From positions 1 to 64,000 of IMG/VR virus record IMGVR_UViG_2593339203_000002: a DNA stretch of 64,000 nucleotides; one strand, given 5' to 3'. Both the position numbers and the translations under genes were made by a program. The notes under the pieces are model-generated. The model saw only the letters and a program-made list of their open reading frames with translations. It was not told the origin of the DNA and ran no database searches. Source of the stretch: a virus (Duplodnaviria; Caudoviricetes). Of this stretch, positions 28,504-38,112 are shown in pieces. Numbering within the stretch: position 1 is the stretch's first letter; each line of letters starts with the position of its first letter.

Positions 28504-29016
28504 TCACTCCGCGGAGGCCGGCGCCCTCTTCTGCCGCTGCCGCGCCGTGCTGGTGCTCCGGGCGATCGTCCCCACCCATTCCCGGTCATACGGCGTGTAG
28601 GAGGACACCTCCTCCGGTCCCCGGCCGGCCTCGTAGTGCTTCACGATCTCCGCGCGGATGAGCGGACGCGCCTTGTCCATGGCGGCCTCGGCGCGCCGGT
28701 AGTCGGCGGTGAACCGGTCCAGCTCCTCCAGGGCGGCGGCCTGGACGGCCGGGTCGTACTTCGGCGCCGGCCCCACCGCGTTCGGGCCCTTGAGCGGCGG
28801 CACGGGGGGTGTGGCGTTGCGGCCGATGTCCCCAATCCAGTTCCGGTCATAGGGGGTGTGCTCGGCGATCTTCCCGGGCCGCGCGTTGCGTTCCCGGAGG
28901 TGCCGGACGATCGCCTCGTGGAGCGCCAGGCGGGCAGTCTCCCGGGCGTCCTCGGCTGCTTTGAAGTCGGCGGAGTGCTTCGCCAGGCGGGCGAAGTGGC
29001 GGGGTGTGGAGGTCAT
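28504..29016 (-). CDS. Tandem-duplicated HTH protein; candidate repressor of the TTGACTTTGCAAAGT boxes
   Basis: IAEHTPYDRNWIGDIGR / VSSYTPYDREWVGTIAR internal repeat; divergent from the promoter at 29091. Confidence 0.6.
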   Translation of the reverse strand: MTSTPRHFARLAKHSADFKAAEDARETARLALHEAIVRHLRERNARPGKIAEHTPYDRNWIGDIGRNATPPVPPLKGPNAVGPAPKYDPAVQAAALEELDRFTADYRRAEAAMDKARPLIRAEIVKHYEAGRGPEEVSSYTPYDREWVGTIARSTSTARQRQKRAPASAE

Positions 29017-29090
29017 GGCAGGCACTATGCCATCCCGGTTTGCAAGGCAGCAAGGCTAAGCGGGTGAACGTCACGCCACATCTAAACGGC

Positions 29091-29120
29091 TTGACATTGC
29101 AAAGTGACCTTGCTTACATG
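29091..29120 (+). promoter_or_regulatory. Repeated promoter/operator
   Basis: TTGACATTGCAAAGT. Confidence 0.7.
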
Positions 29121-29165
29121 GTGGTGCCGAGGGTCAACGGGACCCACCGAGGAAGAGGGGCCGAC

Positions 29166-30206
29166 ATGGCACGCACCATCACCCGCCCGCAGTTCGAGGC
29201 CCTGCGCACCGCCGCACCCGTCACCGAGTGGCAGGACCTCCCCGCCTCCCACGCCCTGGCCTCCCTCAAGGACCGCCGCGCGGTCGTGGCCCGGCGCAGC
29301 ACGGTGGACGTGCTGGTCCGCCTCGGCCTGGTCGAGCTCGCAGACGGCGCCGTGAGCGAGGAGACCGGACGTCCGTGGAACCGGATTCACGCCCTCACCC
29401 CGGCGGGCGAGGCCATCGCCGCCTCCCTGGAGGAGGGCGGCCCCCTGGTCACGCTGGACCGCATCGCGGAGGCCGTGGCCGCGCAGGCCACCACCCCGGC
29501 CACGCCGGCGCCCGCCGTCACCCCCGGCGACGTCATCCGCCCCGGCGTCACGATCCGGAAGGACGGCCGCATGCAGTGGACCGTGGAGCGGGACGGCCAC
29601 ATGGGCGTGATCTTCGACGAGGGCGGCATGTCCCGCGGCCGGTGGGCCGCCTGGTCCCCCTTCGCCGCCACCCGCCACAACATCGCCGCCTTCACCCACA
29701 ACGCGGAGGAGGCCGTGGACGCGATCCTGGCCACCCTCCCCGCCCGCGTCTCCACCCTCGCGAAGGCCTCCGGCCACACCCCGGCGGACATCGTGGACGA
29801 GGCCGGCACCCTCGCGGACGAGTGGGCGAGCCAGGGCCCGCGCGCCGTGTTCCGTACCGCGGTCATCGCGGATGAGGCCGAGCTCTCCGGCCCGGCCGCC
29901 CTGGCCGTCCTGGAGGCCCTGGCCGCCCGTGCCGCCGAGGAAACGGCCGCCGAGGCCGCCCCCGTCCCCGGGGAGCCGGAGTGGCGCACCCTCAAGGGCG
30001 TGCAGGTCCCGTTCTTCCTCTACGGCGAGGAGCGCGAGGGCGGCCGGTTCGCCCCCGCCGGGGACCGTAAGCAGGTCACCGGCCAGCCGCTCCGGGTGGT
30101 CCGCCTCTGGATGAGCGGTGACATCCGCTACGGCGAGGACGAGACCGGCCGGGAGCTCTACCTCTGGGGGGCCGCCTCGAAGTTCTGGGCCGCCCCCGCG
30201 CGGTGA
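29166..30206 (+). CDS. Hypothetical multi-domain protein
   Basis: GAGGGG RBS after the repeated promoter. Confidence 0.65.
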   Translation: MARTITRPQFEALRTAAPVTEWQDLPASHALASLKDRRAVVARRSTVDVLVRLGLVELADGAVSEETGRPWNRIHALTPAGEAIAASLEEGGPLVTLDRIAEAVAAQATTPATPAPAVTPGDVIRPGVTIRKDGRMQWTVERDGHMGVIFDEGGMSRGRWAAWSPFAATRHNIAAFTHNAEEAVDAILATLPARVSTLAKASGHTPADIVDEAGTLADEWASQGPRAVFRTAVIADEAELSGPAALAVLEALAARAAEETAAEAAPVPGEPEWRTLKGVQVPFFLYGEEREGGRFAPAGDRKQVTGQPLRVVRLWMSGDIRYGEDETGRELYLWGAASKFWAAPAR

Positions 30207-30305
30207 CGGCCGCCGCACACCCGGACATGCCCCGGGCCGCCCGCCCCTGGCGGACGGCCCGGAGGGTGCCCGGCCACCCCGGCCGCACTGAACACGGAGG
30301 ACCGC

Positions 30306-31415
30306 ATGAGCAACGAGACCACCACCCCCGCTTTCCAGGACGGTGACCGCGTCGTGTGCGCGGACGGCGTGGCCCGCACCGTCCGCGGCATGGCGCCGCA
30401 GCTCCCCGGCGAGCCCGCCCACGTCGTGGTGGAGGACGGCACGGAGTGGATCGCAGCCAACTGCCGCCGCGCCAACCCGGAGGACCTGGCCGCCGCCCGC
30501 ACGATCTCCCACCACGCCGGCATCCGTGTCCGCCAGGACCCGGACCCCGCCTCCCCGCAGTGGTGCGCCGCCCTGGCCGACCTCACCGCCGCCATGGACT
30601 ACCTCAAGGCCGCGGAGACCGACGGCACCATCCTGGCCGCCATCGCCTCCGGCGCTGCCTCCGCCGCCCGGGACGTCGCAGAGATCACCGCGCGCCACGA
30701 GGCCGGCGCAGACACGCCGCTCCCGGCGGACCAGGAGGAGGCGGCCCTCCGTGAGGAGGCCGTCGCCCACTTCACCGTCCTCGCCGCGGACGGCAACGCG
30801 CACGCCTTCCAGCGCGTCCAGCCGCACGGCGCCTCCTTCCCCGTCGCCTGGACCTACCGCACCGGCTACGGGTCCGCCGCCCGGTACGGGTGGGTGACCG
30901 CCCGGAGCGGACGGCGCAACGAGGCCCCCGTGGAGTACCGCTGGCAGGCCGAAAGGGCCGCGCTGGAGGCCGCCGTCCTCACCGACGAGCCGTCCCCCGT
31001 AGCGGGAGCCTTCGCCACCATGTCCCTGGACGACCTCCGCGAGGCCGTCGACCGCCTCCGGGACCGCGCCGCACGCACCCGCGGCACCCGCCCGCAGGAC
31101 GTGTTCGACGACGGCGTACGCGCTGCCCTGGAGGTCCTGGCCGCGTGCCACTTCGCCGAGGTGTCCCGCGGGTTCAACCCGGCCGCCGAGGTGGGCGCGA
31201 AGGACCACGACCCGAGCGTGACCGGCCTGGTGGTCGAGCCGCGGGGGAACGGACACGTGACCGCGTATTGGGTCCAGGAGGGCCGGTACGTCCAGGCGGA
31301 CGGCCGCCCGTGGATGCACCAGCTCCGTGACCTCCGCCGGAAGTTCCAGGACGCCGGCTGGGAGGTCGTCCCCGGCGGCCGACGCGTGGTGACCGCCTAC
31401 CGGCCCACCGTCTGA
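30306..31415 (+). CDS. Hypothetical multi-domain protein
   Basis: GGAGGA RBS. Confidence 0.65.
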   Translation: MSNETTTPAFQDGDRVVCADGVARTVRGMAPQLPGEPAHVVVEDGTEWIAANCRRANPEDLAAARTISHHAGIRVRQDPDPASPQWCAALADLTAAMDYLKAAETDGTILAAIASGAASAARDVAEITARHEAGADTPLPADQEEAALREEAVAHFTVLAADGNAHAFQRVQPHGASFPVAWTYRTGYGSAARYGWVTARSGRRNEAPVEYRWQAERAALEAAVLTDEPSPVAGAFATMSLDDLREAVDRLRDRAARTRGTRPQDVFDDGVRAALEVLAACHFAEVSRGFNPAAEVGAKDHDPSVTGLVVEPRGNGHVTAYWVQEGRYVQADGRPWMHQLRDLRRKFQDAGWEVVPGGRRVVTAYRPTV

Positions 31416-31514
31416 CCAGGATCGACAGGGCGTCCCGCCTCCCTCGTGGAGGCCGGGGCGCCCTGCCGTTCCGTCACCGCTCCGCAACACGCCCTAACGA
31501 ACACGCTAGGCAAG

Positions 31515-31543
31515 TTGACTTTGCAAAGTCACTCCGTCAGTAT
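31515..31543 (+). promoter_or_regulatory. Repeated promoter/operator
   Basis: TTGACT-N17-CAGTAT containing the GACTTTGCAAAGTC palindrome. Confidence 0.8.
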
Positions 31544-31593
31544 CGAGGTGCAGGCAGGGCGAGGGACCCGGCCGCAGACGGAGGGAGCACACC

Positions 31594-32361
31594 ATGAGCA
31601 AGACCACCGCCACCGCCGCCCGCACCCTGGCCCGCCTGGTCGAGGCCGAGGACGCCGCCACCGCCGCCCGCCGCGAAGAGGCCCGCGCCGCCGGTGTCGC
31701 TGAGCGCGCCGCCGCCCGCGTCATCAAGGCCCGCACCGCCCGCACCGAGGCCCGTAAGGCCCTCCGCGCCGCCGAGCGCGCCGGTAAGGGCATCGCCGCC
31801 GCCACCCGCCGCCTGGCCACCCGCGAGGCCCGCCTCGCGGAGCTGGTCGAGGCCGCCCGCACCCGGAAGGCCGAGGCCACCGCCGCCCGCCGCGCCCGCC
31901 GCTCCGCGGAGCGCAAGGTGGAGAGCATCGGCCGCCGCGCCGCCCTCGCCGCCACCCGCTCCGTCCAGAAGATCGCCGCCGTCCTCGGCGAGGCCGTCCT
32001 CACCCCGGCCCCCGAGACGGACCCGATCATGGACGCCGACGAGCTCCCCGCCGTCGAGGTGATCGAGGCCCACGCCGCCCGTTACGCCGAGCTGGACCGC
32101 CAGGCGAAGGACACCGCGAAGCTCGCCGAGGCGGAGAAGACCTGGCTCCGCCGCCTCCCGACCGGCACCCACGGCCGCGTGGTCATCACCCGCACCCCCG
32201 GCCGCTCCGTCCTGGACAACGCGCGGATCGAACTCGACTACATGGACCGCTTCCAGGAGCCCGCCCCCCGCAAGTCCACCCGCTCCACCTTCAAGTGCGA
32301 CGCGACCGCCGTCCTGGCCGCCGACGAGGCGGACGCCGCCGCCCTCACCCTCATCGCCTGA
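31594..32361 (+). CDS. Ala/Arg-rich coiled-coil protein
   Basis: GGAGGGAG RBS; strongly GC3-biased codons. Confidence 0.7.
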   Translation: MSKTTATAARTLARLVEAEDAATAARREEARAAGVAERAAARVIKARTARTEARKALRAAERAGKGIAAATRRLATREARLAELVEAARTRKAEATAARRARRSAERKVESIGRRAALAATRSVQKIAAVLGEAVLTPAPETDPIMDADELPAVEVIEAHAARYAELDRQAKDTAKLAEAEKTWLRRLPTGTHGRVVITRTPGRSVLDNARIELDYMDRFQEPAPRKSTRSTFKCDATAVLAADEADAAALTLIA

Positions 32362-32429
32362 CCACCCCCACCGGCCGGGCGCCCCGTACGGCGCCCGGCC
32401 CCCTACCGCACAGAGAGCAGAGGCACCCC

Positions 32430-33185
32430 ATGGCCACCATCCGCCGCAACTGGACGAAGCGCGTCGAGGGCATCCGCGCCGCCGCCCTCTTCTGCCGGGC
32501 GTACGACTCCTCCACCGGCCACATGGTCACCGTCGACCCGGCCCGCGCGTTCGAGGTCTGGGAGGCCAACCCCCGCGCCTCCCTCTACGAGAACACGCCC
32601 GGCGCGAAGTGGACCGTTCACGTTCACTCGAACTCGTTCTACGTCCTCACCACCACGGACCCCGCCGAGGCCCGTAAGGAGGCCGCCCCGGCCGCCCCGG
32701 CGCCCGCCCGGGCCACGGCCCCGGTCCCGGCCTCCCGGCCCTCCACGGCCCCGGCGCGCACCGCCGGGGAGGAGGCCGTCCTCCAGGACGTCCGGGAGTA
32801 CATCCAGGACGCGCCCGGCGTCGGCGCCCGCACGGTCGCCGCGGCCACCGCCGCGATCGGCTCGAAGGTCCAGGCCGGCCGGATCACCCGGGACCGGCTT
32901 ACCGGCGCCCTCCCCGCCCTCACGGCCGCCGTGACCGCGAAGGCCGTCCGCGACATGCGCGGCCAGGGCCTCACCCACGAGCAGATCCGTATGCGCCTGG
33001 AGCGCAAGCGCGCCGAGGCCATCCACGCCCGCGACCACGGCCGCGTGACGGTGGCGGAGGCCATGCTCGCCGCCCACGCCGGGATCGTCGCGGACGAGGA
33101 GGCGCGCGCCGCCACCGCGGCCCACCAGCTCCCCGCCGCAGACCGGCCCGCCCTCCCGGGCCCGGAATCCGACCGCCGGGCCTGA
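32430..33185 (+). CDS. Hypothetical protein
   Basis: AGAGG RBS. Confidence 0.6.
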   Translation: MATIRRNWTKRVEGIRAAALFCRAYDSSTGHMVTVDPARAFEVWEANPRASLYENTPGAKWTVHVHSNSFYVLTTTDPAEARKEAAPAAPAPARATAPVPASRPSTAPARTAGEEAVLQDVREYIQDAPGVGARTVAAATAAIGSKVQAGRITRDRLTGALPALTAAVTAKAVRDMRGQGLTHEQIRMRLERKRAEAIHARDHGRVTVAEAMLAAHAGIVADEEARAATAAHQLPAADRPALPGPESDRRA

Positions 33186-33258
33186 CTCGCCCCCGCCCGC
33201 TCCCGGCCGGGCGCCGTCCCCCTCACGGCGCCCGGCCTCACCCATGAGACGAGTTGAG

Positions 33259-33882
33259 ATGAGCAGCAGCACGCCGCGCGCAACCCACCTCACCCCGGAG
33301 GAGCTGGAGGAGCTGCGCGCCCGCGCCCGCCGGGAGGCCGGCCCCTTCGTCAACCCAACCATCCTGGGCACCGCCCGGGCGCACAACCCGGAGTGGGCGA
33401 CGGAGATCCTGGGCCGCCCCTCCGGCGCCCGCCGGGCGACCTGGCCGGAGCTCTACCTCCTCCACCTCGCGGCCGAGGCCGAGCCCACACCGCCCCCGCC
33501 GCCGAAGGAGACCGCAGCCCGGGCCGCCCGCGAGGTGCAGGAGGAGGAACGCCGCCGCGCCGCCGCCGAGGAGCGGGCCCGGCAGGTGGAGGCATGGCGG
33601 GAGCTGGAGGCCGCCCTCCTCAAGGCCGGGGCCCGCGTGGACGTCCGGCACAACTACACCTCCCACCGCCACCTGGAGACGTACACGCAGGGCGGGGACC
33701 ACGTGGTCCTCCTGGACCCGCTCCACGTCGGCCGGCTCCACCGGGAGGCCGGGGTGAGCCTCTGTCACACCCCCAGCAACGCGCACAACGTGGCGATCCT
33801 GGAGCCGATCCCAGACGGCCGCCTCCCGTCATGCCAGGCATGCCTACGGATCGCGCGGAGCGTGGCCCGCCGCGTGACCTGA
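33259..33882 (+). CDS. Hypothetical protein with C-terminal H/C...CxxC (start could be 33244)
   Basis: Open frame with GC3 bias. Confidence 0.55.
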   Translation: MSSSTPRATHLTPEELEELRARARREAGPFVNPTILGTARAHNPEWATEILGRPSGARRATWPELYLLHLAAEAEPTPPPPPKETAARAAREVQEEERRRAAAEERARQVEAWRELEAALLKAGARVDVRHNYTSHRHLETYTQGGDHVVLLDPLHVGRLHREAGVSLCHTPSNAHNVAILEPIPDGRLPSCQACLRIARSVARRVT

Positions 33883-33945
33883 CCTGCGGGGACACCGTGT
33901 CCCCGCCCATGTCCCCCGGCAGCGCCACGCCACACAGATAACGTG

Positions 33946-33974
33946 TTGACTTTGCAAAGTGAGTGTGTGAGTAT
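33946..33974 (+). promoter_or_regulatory. Repeated promoter/operator
   Basis: TTGACTTTGCAAAGT; TTGACT-N17-GAGTAT. Confidence 0.8.
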
Positions 33975-34024
33975 CGAGGTGTCAGGGAGGCCGAACGGCC
34001 AACCGGCAGAAGGGACCACGCGCC

Positions 34025-34297
34025 ATGAGCACCGCCATCCGCATCGAGACCACCGCGGACGCCGTCCGGGAGATCACCCGCCTCGCCATCCGCACCATCG
34101 CCGCCGGCGGCCACCGCGGCCACCACACGGCCCGGGTCACGGAGCTCATGGAGGCGGACGACGTCCAGGCGGCCATCCGGCGCTCCTTCAACCGCAACAT
34201 CGCCCGCGGCCTCACCGTCCGGGACGCGTTCACCGTCACCGGCCAGGCCCTCATCGCCCACTACTGCAACTCCGCCCGCATCCCCACCGCGAGCTGA
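34025..34297 (+). CDS. Small hypothetical protein
   Basis: GAAGGGA RBS. Confidence 0.65.
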   Translation: MSTAIRIETTADAVREITRLAIRTIAAGGHRGHHTARVTELMEADDVQAAIRRSFNRNIARGLTVRDAFTVTGQALIAHYCNSARIPTAS

Positions 34298-34363
34298 ACA
34301 CCCCCGCCGGGCGCCCCACCCCGGGCGCCCGCCCCCCACCCCCACACCACGCCAGGAGGACCC

Positions 34364-34867
34364 GTGTTCGTTGAGACGTTCATCCACGCCGGCGGCGTCG
34401 CCGAGGGCCACGCCAGCGAGGCCCACGCCCTCCAGCTCATCCGCCGCGCCTTCCGCCGCGGCCACACCGTGGACGCCACCCCCGAGGGAGGCGCCGTCAT
34501 CACCTGGACCGCCCGCCGCCTGGTCGACGGGGAGGCCGTGGAGCAGGGCCGTTCGATCTCCTTCACCCCGCAGACCCCGGCCGGGCCGCTCACCGACGCC
34601 GTACGCGGCCACCTCTTCACCCTCCACACCGGCGCCGCCGCCTTCCCCGGACGCCTGGACGGCCGCCCCGTCATCCGCGCCGGCCTCCAGACCATCCCGC
34701 CCGCGGCCACCTCCCACCTCTACGCCCACCGCCTGGTGACGGAGGACGGCGGCCGGGTCCGCCTCACCCTCGTGGCCCGCCTGGCCCTCCTCTCCATCCT
34801 CACCGCCGCCTCCCCGGAGGACCTGGCCGCCATCGCCGAGACGGACGGCGTGGAGCTCCCCGCCTGA
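34364..34867 (+). CDS. Hypothetical protein
   Basis: AGGAGGA RBS. Confidence 0.65.
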   Translation: MFVETFIHAGGVAEGHASEAHALQLIRRAFRRGHTVDATPEGGAVITWTARRLVDGEAVEQGRSISFTPQTPAGPLTDAVRGHLFTLHTGAAAFPGRLDGRPVIRAGLQTIPPAATSHLYAHRLVTEDGGRVRLTLVARLALLSILTAASPEDLAAIAETDGVELPA

Positions 34868-34947
34868 CACCCCGGCCCGCGGGCCGTCCCCGCCAGGACG
34901 GCCCGCCCCGTACCCTCCACCACCTCCCGAGCAAAGGAGCTCACCCT

Positions 34948-35661
34948 ATGCGCAACTACGCCACCGCCCGCAACATCGGAGGACGCTCCCGCCAGTGCGA
35001 CGCCACCGCCGTGGTCGCCGCCCCCGGCAACGTCCGGGCGTACGTCCTCCTGGACGGCGTGGGGAGCTCCCCGGAGGTCGCTCACTGGACCCGCGGCGCC
35101 GCCCTCCGCGTCGCTGCCTCCTCCGCCCGCCACCAGCACGCGGAGGCCGGCCTCCGCGCCGCCTACGCCCACTACGCCGACCAGCCCGACCGCTGGAACC
35201 CGTGGCTGGACCTCCCGCACGCCGCCGCCGTCGTGGCCGTCACCGCCCCCGGAAAGCCGTTGACCGTCGCCTGGTGCGGCGACTCCCGCGCCTACCTCTG
35301 GAGCGGCGGCGGCTTCGTCAAGCTCACCAACGACCACAACCTTCGGCGCACCCGCCCGCCGTACGGCCGCGCAAACATCCTCACCTCCTGCCTCGGCTCC
35401 ACGAAGACCGACGAAGAGGTGGAGGGCGAGCACGGCCACCCCACGGTGGAATCCGTCACCCGCGCCCTCACCGGCCGGGAGCGCCTGTTCCTCATGAGCG
35501 ACGGCGCATACGAGCCGATCGAGGAGTCCACCCTCCACCTGGAGGACTTCGCCCCCGGCGCCCTGGAGGACGTCCCCGGCGGCATCGTGGAGGCCGCCGT
35601 GGAGATGTGGGGAGAGGACGCCGACAACGCCACCGCCCTCGTCGCGGACCTCTGGTACTGA
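34948..35661 (+). CDS. PP2C/PPM-family Ser/Thr protein phosphatase
   Basis: R..QCD, LLDGVG, AWCGDSRAY, LTNDHN, LMSDG, DNAT motifs; AAGGAG RBS. Confidence 0.88.
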   Translation: MRNYATARNIGGRSRQCDATAVVAAPGNVRAYVLLDGVGSSPEVAHWTRGAALRVAASSARHQHAEAGLRAAYAHYADQPDRWNPWLDLPHAAAVVAVTAPGKPLTVAWCGDSRAYLWSGGGFVKLTNDHNLRRTRPPYGRANILTSCLGSTKTDEEVEGEHGHPTVESVTRALTGRERLFLMSDGAYEPIEESTLHLEDFAPGALEDVPGGIVEAAVEMWGEDADNATALVADLWY

Positions 35662-35718
35662 CCACCCCCCCCGGGGCGGCGGAACGTCCGCCGCCCCCGC
35701 ACCGAAGGAGCCCGCACG

Positions 35719-36000
35719 ATGGCCGCCAGTGACCTCCCCTCCTGCTGCTTCACCCGAGACCACCACCTCCATTGCCCCCGGCACGGCCAGCCCGCGCCGT
35801 ACCCCGTCGGCCGGCGCGTCCGCACCCTCGTGGACGCCCCCGCCGCCTGGCCGGGCGCCTTCGCCGCCCCGGCCGGGACGGAGGGCACTGTGACCGGCCT
35901 CCCGGTCCCGCCCGGCACCTCCTACGGCGTCACCCTGGACGGCGACCCCGACGCCTTCCCGGCGGCCTACGAGCCGGGGGAGATCACCGCCGCCGACTGA
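35719..36000 (+). CDS. Small SH3-like hypothetical protein
   Basis: GAAGGAG RBS; VGRRVRT...GTEGTV...YGV.LD. Confidence 0.55.
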   Translation: MAASDLPSCCFTRDHHLHCPRHGQPAPYPVGRRVRTLVDAPAAWPGAFAAPAGTEGTVTGLPVPPGTSYGVTLDGDPDAFPAAYEPGEITAAD

Positions 36001-36025
36001 CCTCCCGCCGCCACACGCCAGGGGC

Positions 36026-36163
36026 GGGGGACAACCTCCGGGCGCCAGCCCGGGGACGTGTCCCCCGCCCCTGACCTGTGGGGACACCAGCTCCTCCCCG
36101 TCGTCCCCGCCAGTGTCCCCGGCCCCGGGGGACACCGTCCCCCGTCTCGTCCCCCATGTCCCC
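36026..36163. repeat. Intergenic cluster of GGGGAC(AC)/(GT)GTCCCC motifs
   Basis: Multiple copies in both orientations. Confidence 0.7.
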
Positions 36164-36193
36164 GCGCGTCGCGCCACCACACCGGTAAGCAAG

Positions 36194-36222
36194 TTGACTT
36201 TGCAAAGTCAACGCGTCAGTAT
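36194..36222 (+). promoter_or_regulatory. Repeated promoter/operator
   Basis: Perfect 18-bp palindrome TTGACTTTGCAAAGTCAA; TTGACT-N17-CAGTAT. Confidence 0.8.
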
Positions 36223-36268
36223 GGGAGTGCAGGGAGGGCACGGAGCCCGACCGGGAGAGGAGTGCACC

Positions 36269-37564
36269 ATGTGGGACCGCGTACCGGGGATCATCGCCGG
36301 ACCGGGCGTCGTCAAGACCGGCGTTCACGTGGAGTACCTTCCGCAGCACCAGCCCGGCCCCCGCACCCGCCACGCCCGCGGCGGCGTGATCGTCTCCGTG
36401 GGCCCGAAGTGCGTCCGCTGGACCCCCTACGGCTCGGACCAGGCCGTCCGTACCCCCCTGGCCCACATGCGCGTGGACGCCGCCTCCCACATCAACAACC
36501 GCGTGGCCGTCCGCGCCGAGCTCGCCGCCCGGGCCGCCGGCAACCCCCTGCCCTACCCCGAGTGGACGGAATGGTCCCTCGCCCGCCACCTGGAGCACGC
36601 CGCCGCCGAGGCCGCCAACCAGGCCGCAGACGCCGCCCGCATCACGTGGGACGGCCAGGAGGACGTCACCGCCGGCCCCGGCGTCATCCAGCCCGGCGTC
36701 CACGTCGCGCTCCTCCCCGCGCACCGCCCCGGCCCGCGCGTCCGCCACGCCGACTCCGGCGTGATCATCTCCGTGGGAACGAAGTGCGTCCGGTGGCGCC
36801 CCTACGGCTCGGACCGGGACGTCCGTACGCCGCTGGACCACATGACCATCAACGCGGTGGCCCACATCAACCAGGACTCCATGGTCCGCGCCTACTCTGC
36901 CGCCCTCGCGGCCGGCCGCTCCCTCCCGCGCTACCCGGAGTGGACCCGCTGGACCCTGGCCGCCCACCTGGAGCACGCCGCCGCCCGGGCCGCCGCACGC
37001 CGCGCCCGCCTCATCCGCCTCGCCGTGAAGGTGGCCGCCCGCCACACCCCCGCCGCGCGCCCGGTCGCCGTCCAGCTCCCGCGCCTGGCCCTCCCCGCCC
37101 CCGCCCCGGCCGTCGTCCCCGTCACCGTGCGCCCGGCCCGCGTCATCGTCGTCCCGTGCGGCGCCGCGAAGCTGGACCGTCCGGCCTCCGCCGGGGAGCT
37201 CTACACCGGCAGCTTTCATAAGGCGTGCCGGAGGGCCGCGGACGCCCTCGCCCGGCCCGGGACCACCGTCCTGGTCCTCTCCGCGCTCCACGGCCTGGTC
37301 CCCCTGGACCGCGTCCTGGAGCCGTACGAGCTCCGCATGGGCCAGCCCGGCTCCGTCACCGGCGACGAGCTCCGCGCGCAGGCCCGGGAGCTCGGCGTGG
37401 ACCGTACCGCGGAGGTCACCGTCCTCGCGGGCTCCGCGTACACCGCGGCGGCCCGCCACGTCTGGCCCCACGCCGCCGCCCCGCTGGAGGGCGCCGGCGG
37501 CATGGGCTACCAGCTCCAGCGGCTCAAGGCCCTCCGAGAGGGCCGCTACGCCCTCGCCGCCTGA
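36269..37564 (+). CDS. Protein with duplicated N-terminal domain and DUF6884-like C-terminus
   Basis: Two WD...GVIxSVGxKCVRW.PYGSD...YPEWT repeats; VVPCGAAK..AGELYTG...LSALHGLV. Confidence 0.7.
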   Translation: MWDRVPGIIAGPGVVKTGVHVEYLPQHQPGPRTRHARGGVIVSVGPKCVRWTPYGSDQAVRTPLAHMRVDAASHINNRVAVRAELAARAAGNPLPYPEWTEWSLARHLEHAAAEAANQAADAARITWDGQEDVTAGPGVIQPGVHVALLPAHRPGPRVRHADSGVIISVGTKCVRWRPYGSDRDVRTPLDHMTINAVAHINQDSMVRAYSAALAAGRSLPRYPEWTRWTLAAHLEHAAARAAARRARLIRLAVKVAARHTPAARPVAVQLPRLALPAPAPAVVPVTVRPARVIVVPCGAAKLDRPASAGELYTGSFHKACRRAADALARPGTTVLVLSALHGLVPLDRVLEPYELRMGQPGSVTGDELRAQARELGVDRTAEVTVLAGSAYTAAARHVWPHAAAPLEGAGGMGYQLQRLKALREGRYALAA

Positions 37565-37649
37565 ACAACCCGCCCGGCCCGGCCCCACGCCCGGGCCGCC
37601 ACCCGTAATCTGACCTTCAATCCCGGCATGAAGAGGAGCACTGATCACC

Positions 37650-38078
37650 ATGGGGGCCTGCCTGGAACCCACACCGGCCATGCGCCGGTACCGCGTCGAG
37701 AGCAGCGGCCAGTCGTTCTACCTCACGCGCACCGCGGCGAGCCCGGCCACCCACGAGAGCCGCTTTCACGCGGTCCTCCCGGCCCCGGACCTGGACGCCA
37801 TCCTGGCCGCCCTGGACCAGGTCACCAGTCACCCCGACTGGGCCAGGTGGGAGGAGGCAGGCAGGCTGGCGGAGCCGGACACCTCCTGGACCATCAAGCC
37901 GGGCGAGGACGGACCCGCCGCCCCATCGGCCTGGGCCGTGGAGCGCGACCGAGAGGCCCTTTACCTCTCCGGCCCGTGGATCACCGGCCATGAGTACGAC
38001 CGATGGAGTGCGGAGATCCCGTACAGCGAGCTGGAGGACCTGCGGAAGGCCCTCACCGCCCTACTCGCGGAGGACTGA
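37650..38078 (+). CDS. Hypothetical protein
   Basis: GAGGAG RBS. Confidence 0.55.
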   Translation: MGACLEPTPAMRRYRVESSGQSFYLTRTAASPATHESRFHAVLPAPDLDAILAALDQVTSHPDWARWEEAGRLAEPDTSWTIKPGEDGPAAPSAWAVERDREALYLSGPWITGHEYDRWSAEIPYSELEDLRKALTALLAED

Positions 38079-38112
38079 CCCCGACGCACCCCGTGTGAAG
38101 GAGCACCACCCC

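Noticed and set aside
29082-31490. Long antisense ORFs (for example 802 aa here, also 11349-13241 and 44348-46375)
   Set aside because: Shadow frames typical of high-GC coding DNA; the opposite strand has RBSs, coupling and recognisable motifs
29091-36222. CRISPR array or IS ends from the repeated boxes
   Set aside because: Repeats are kilobases apart, overlap -35 elements, and no cas or transposase genes are present
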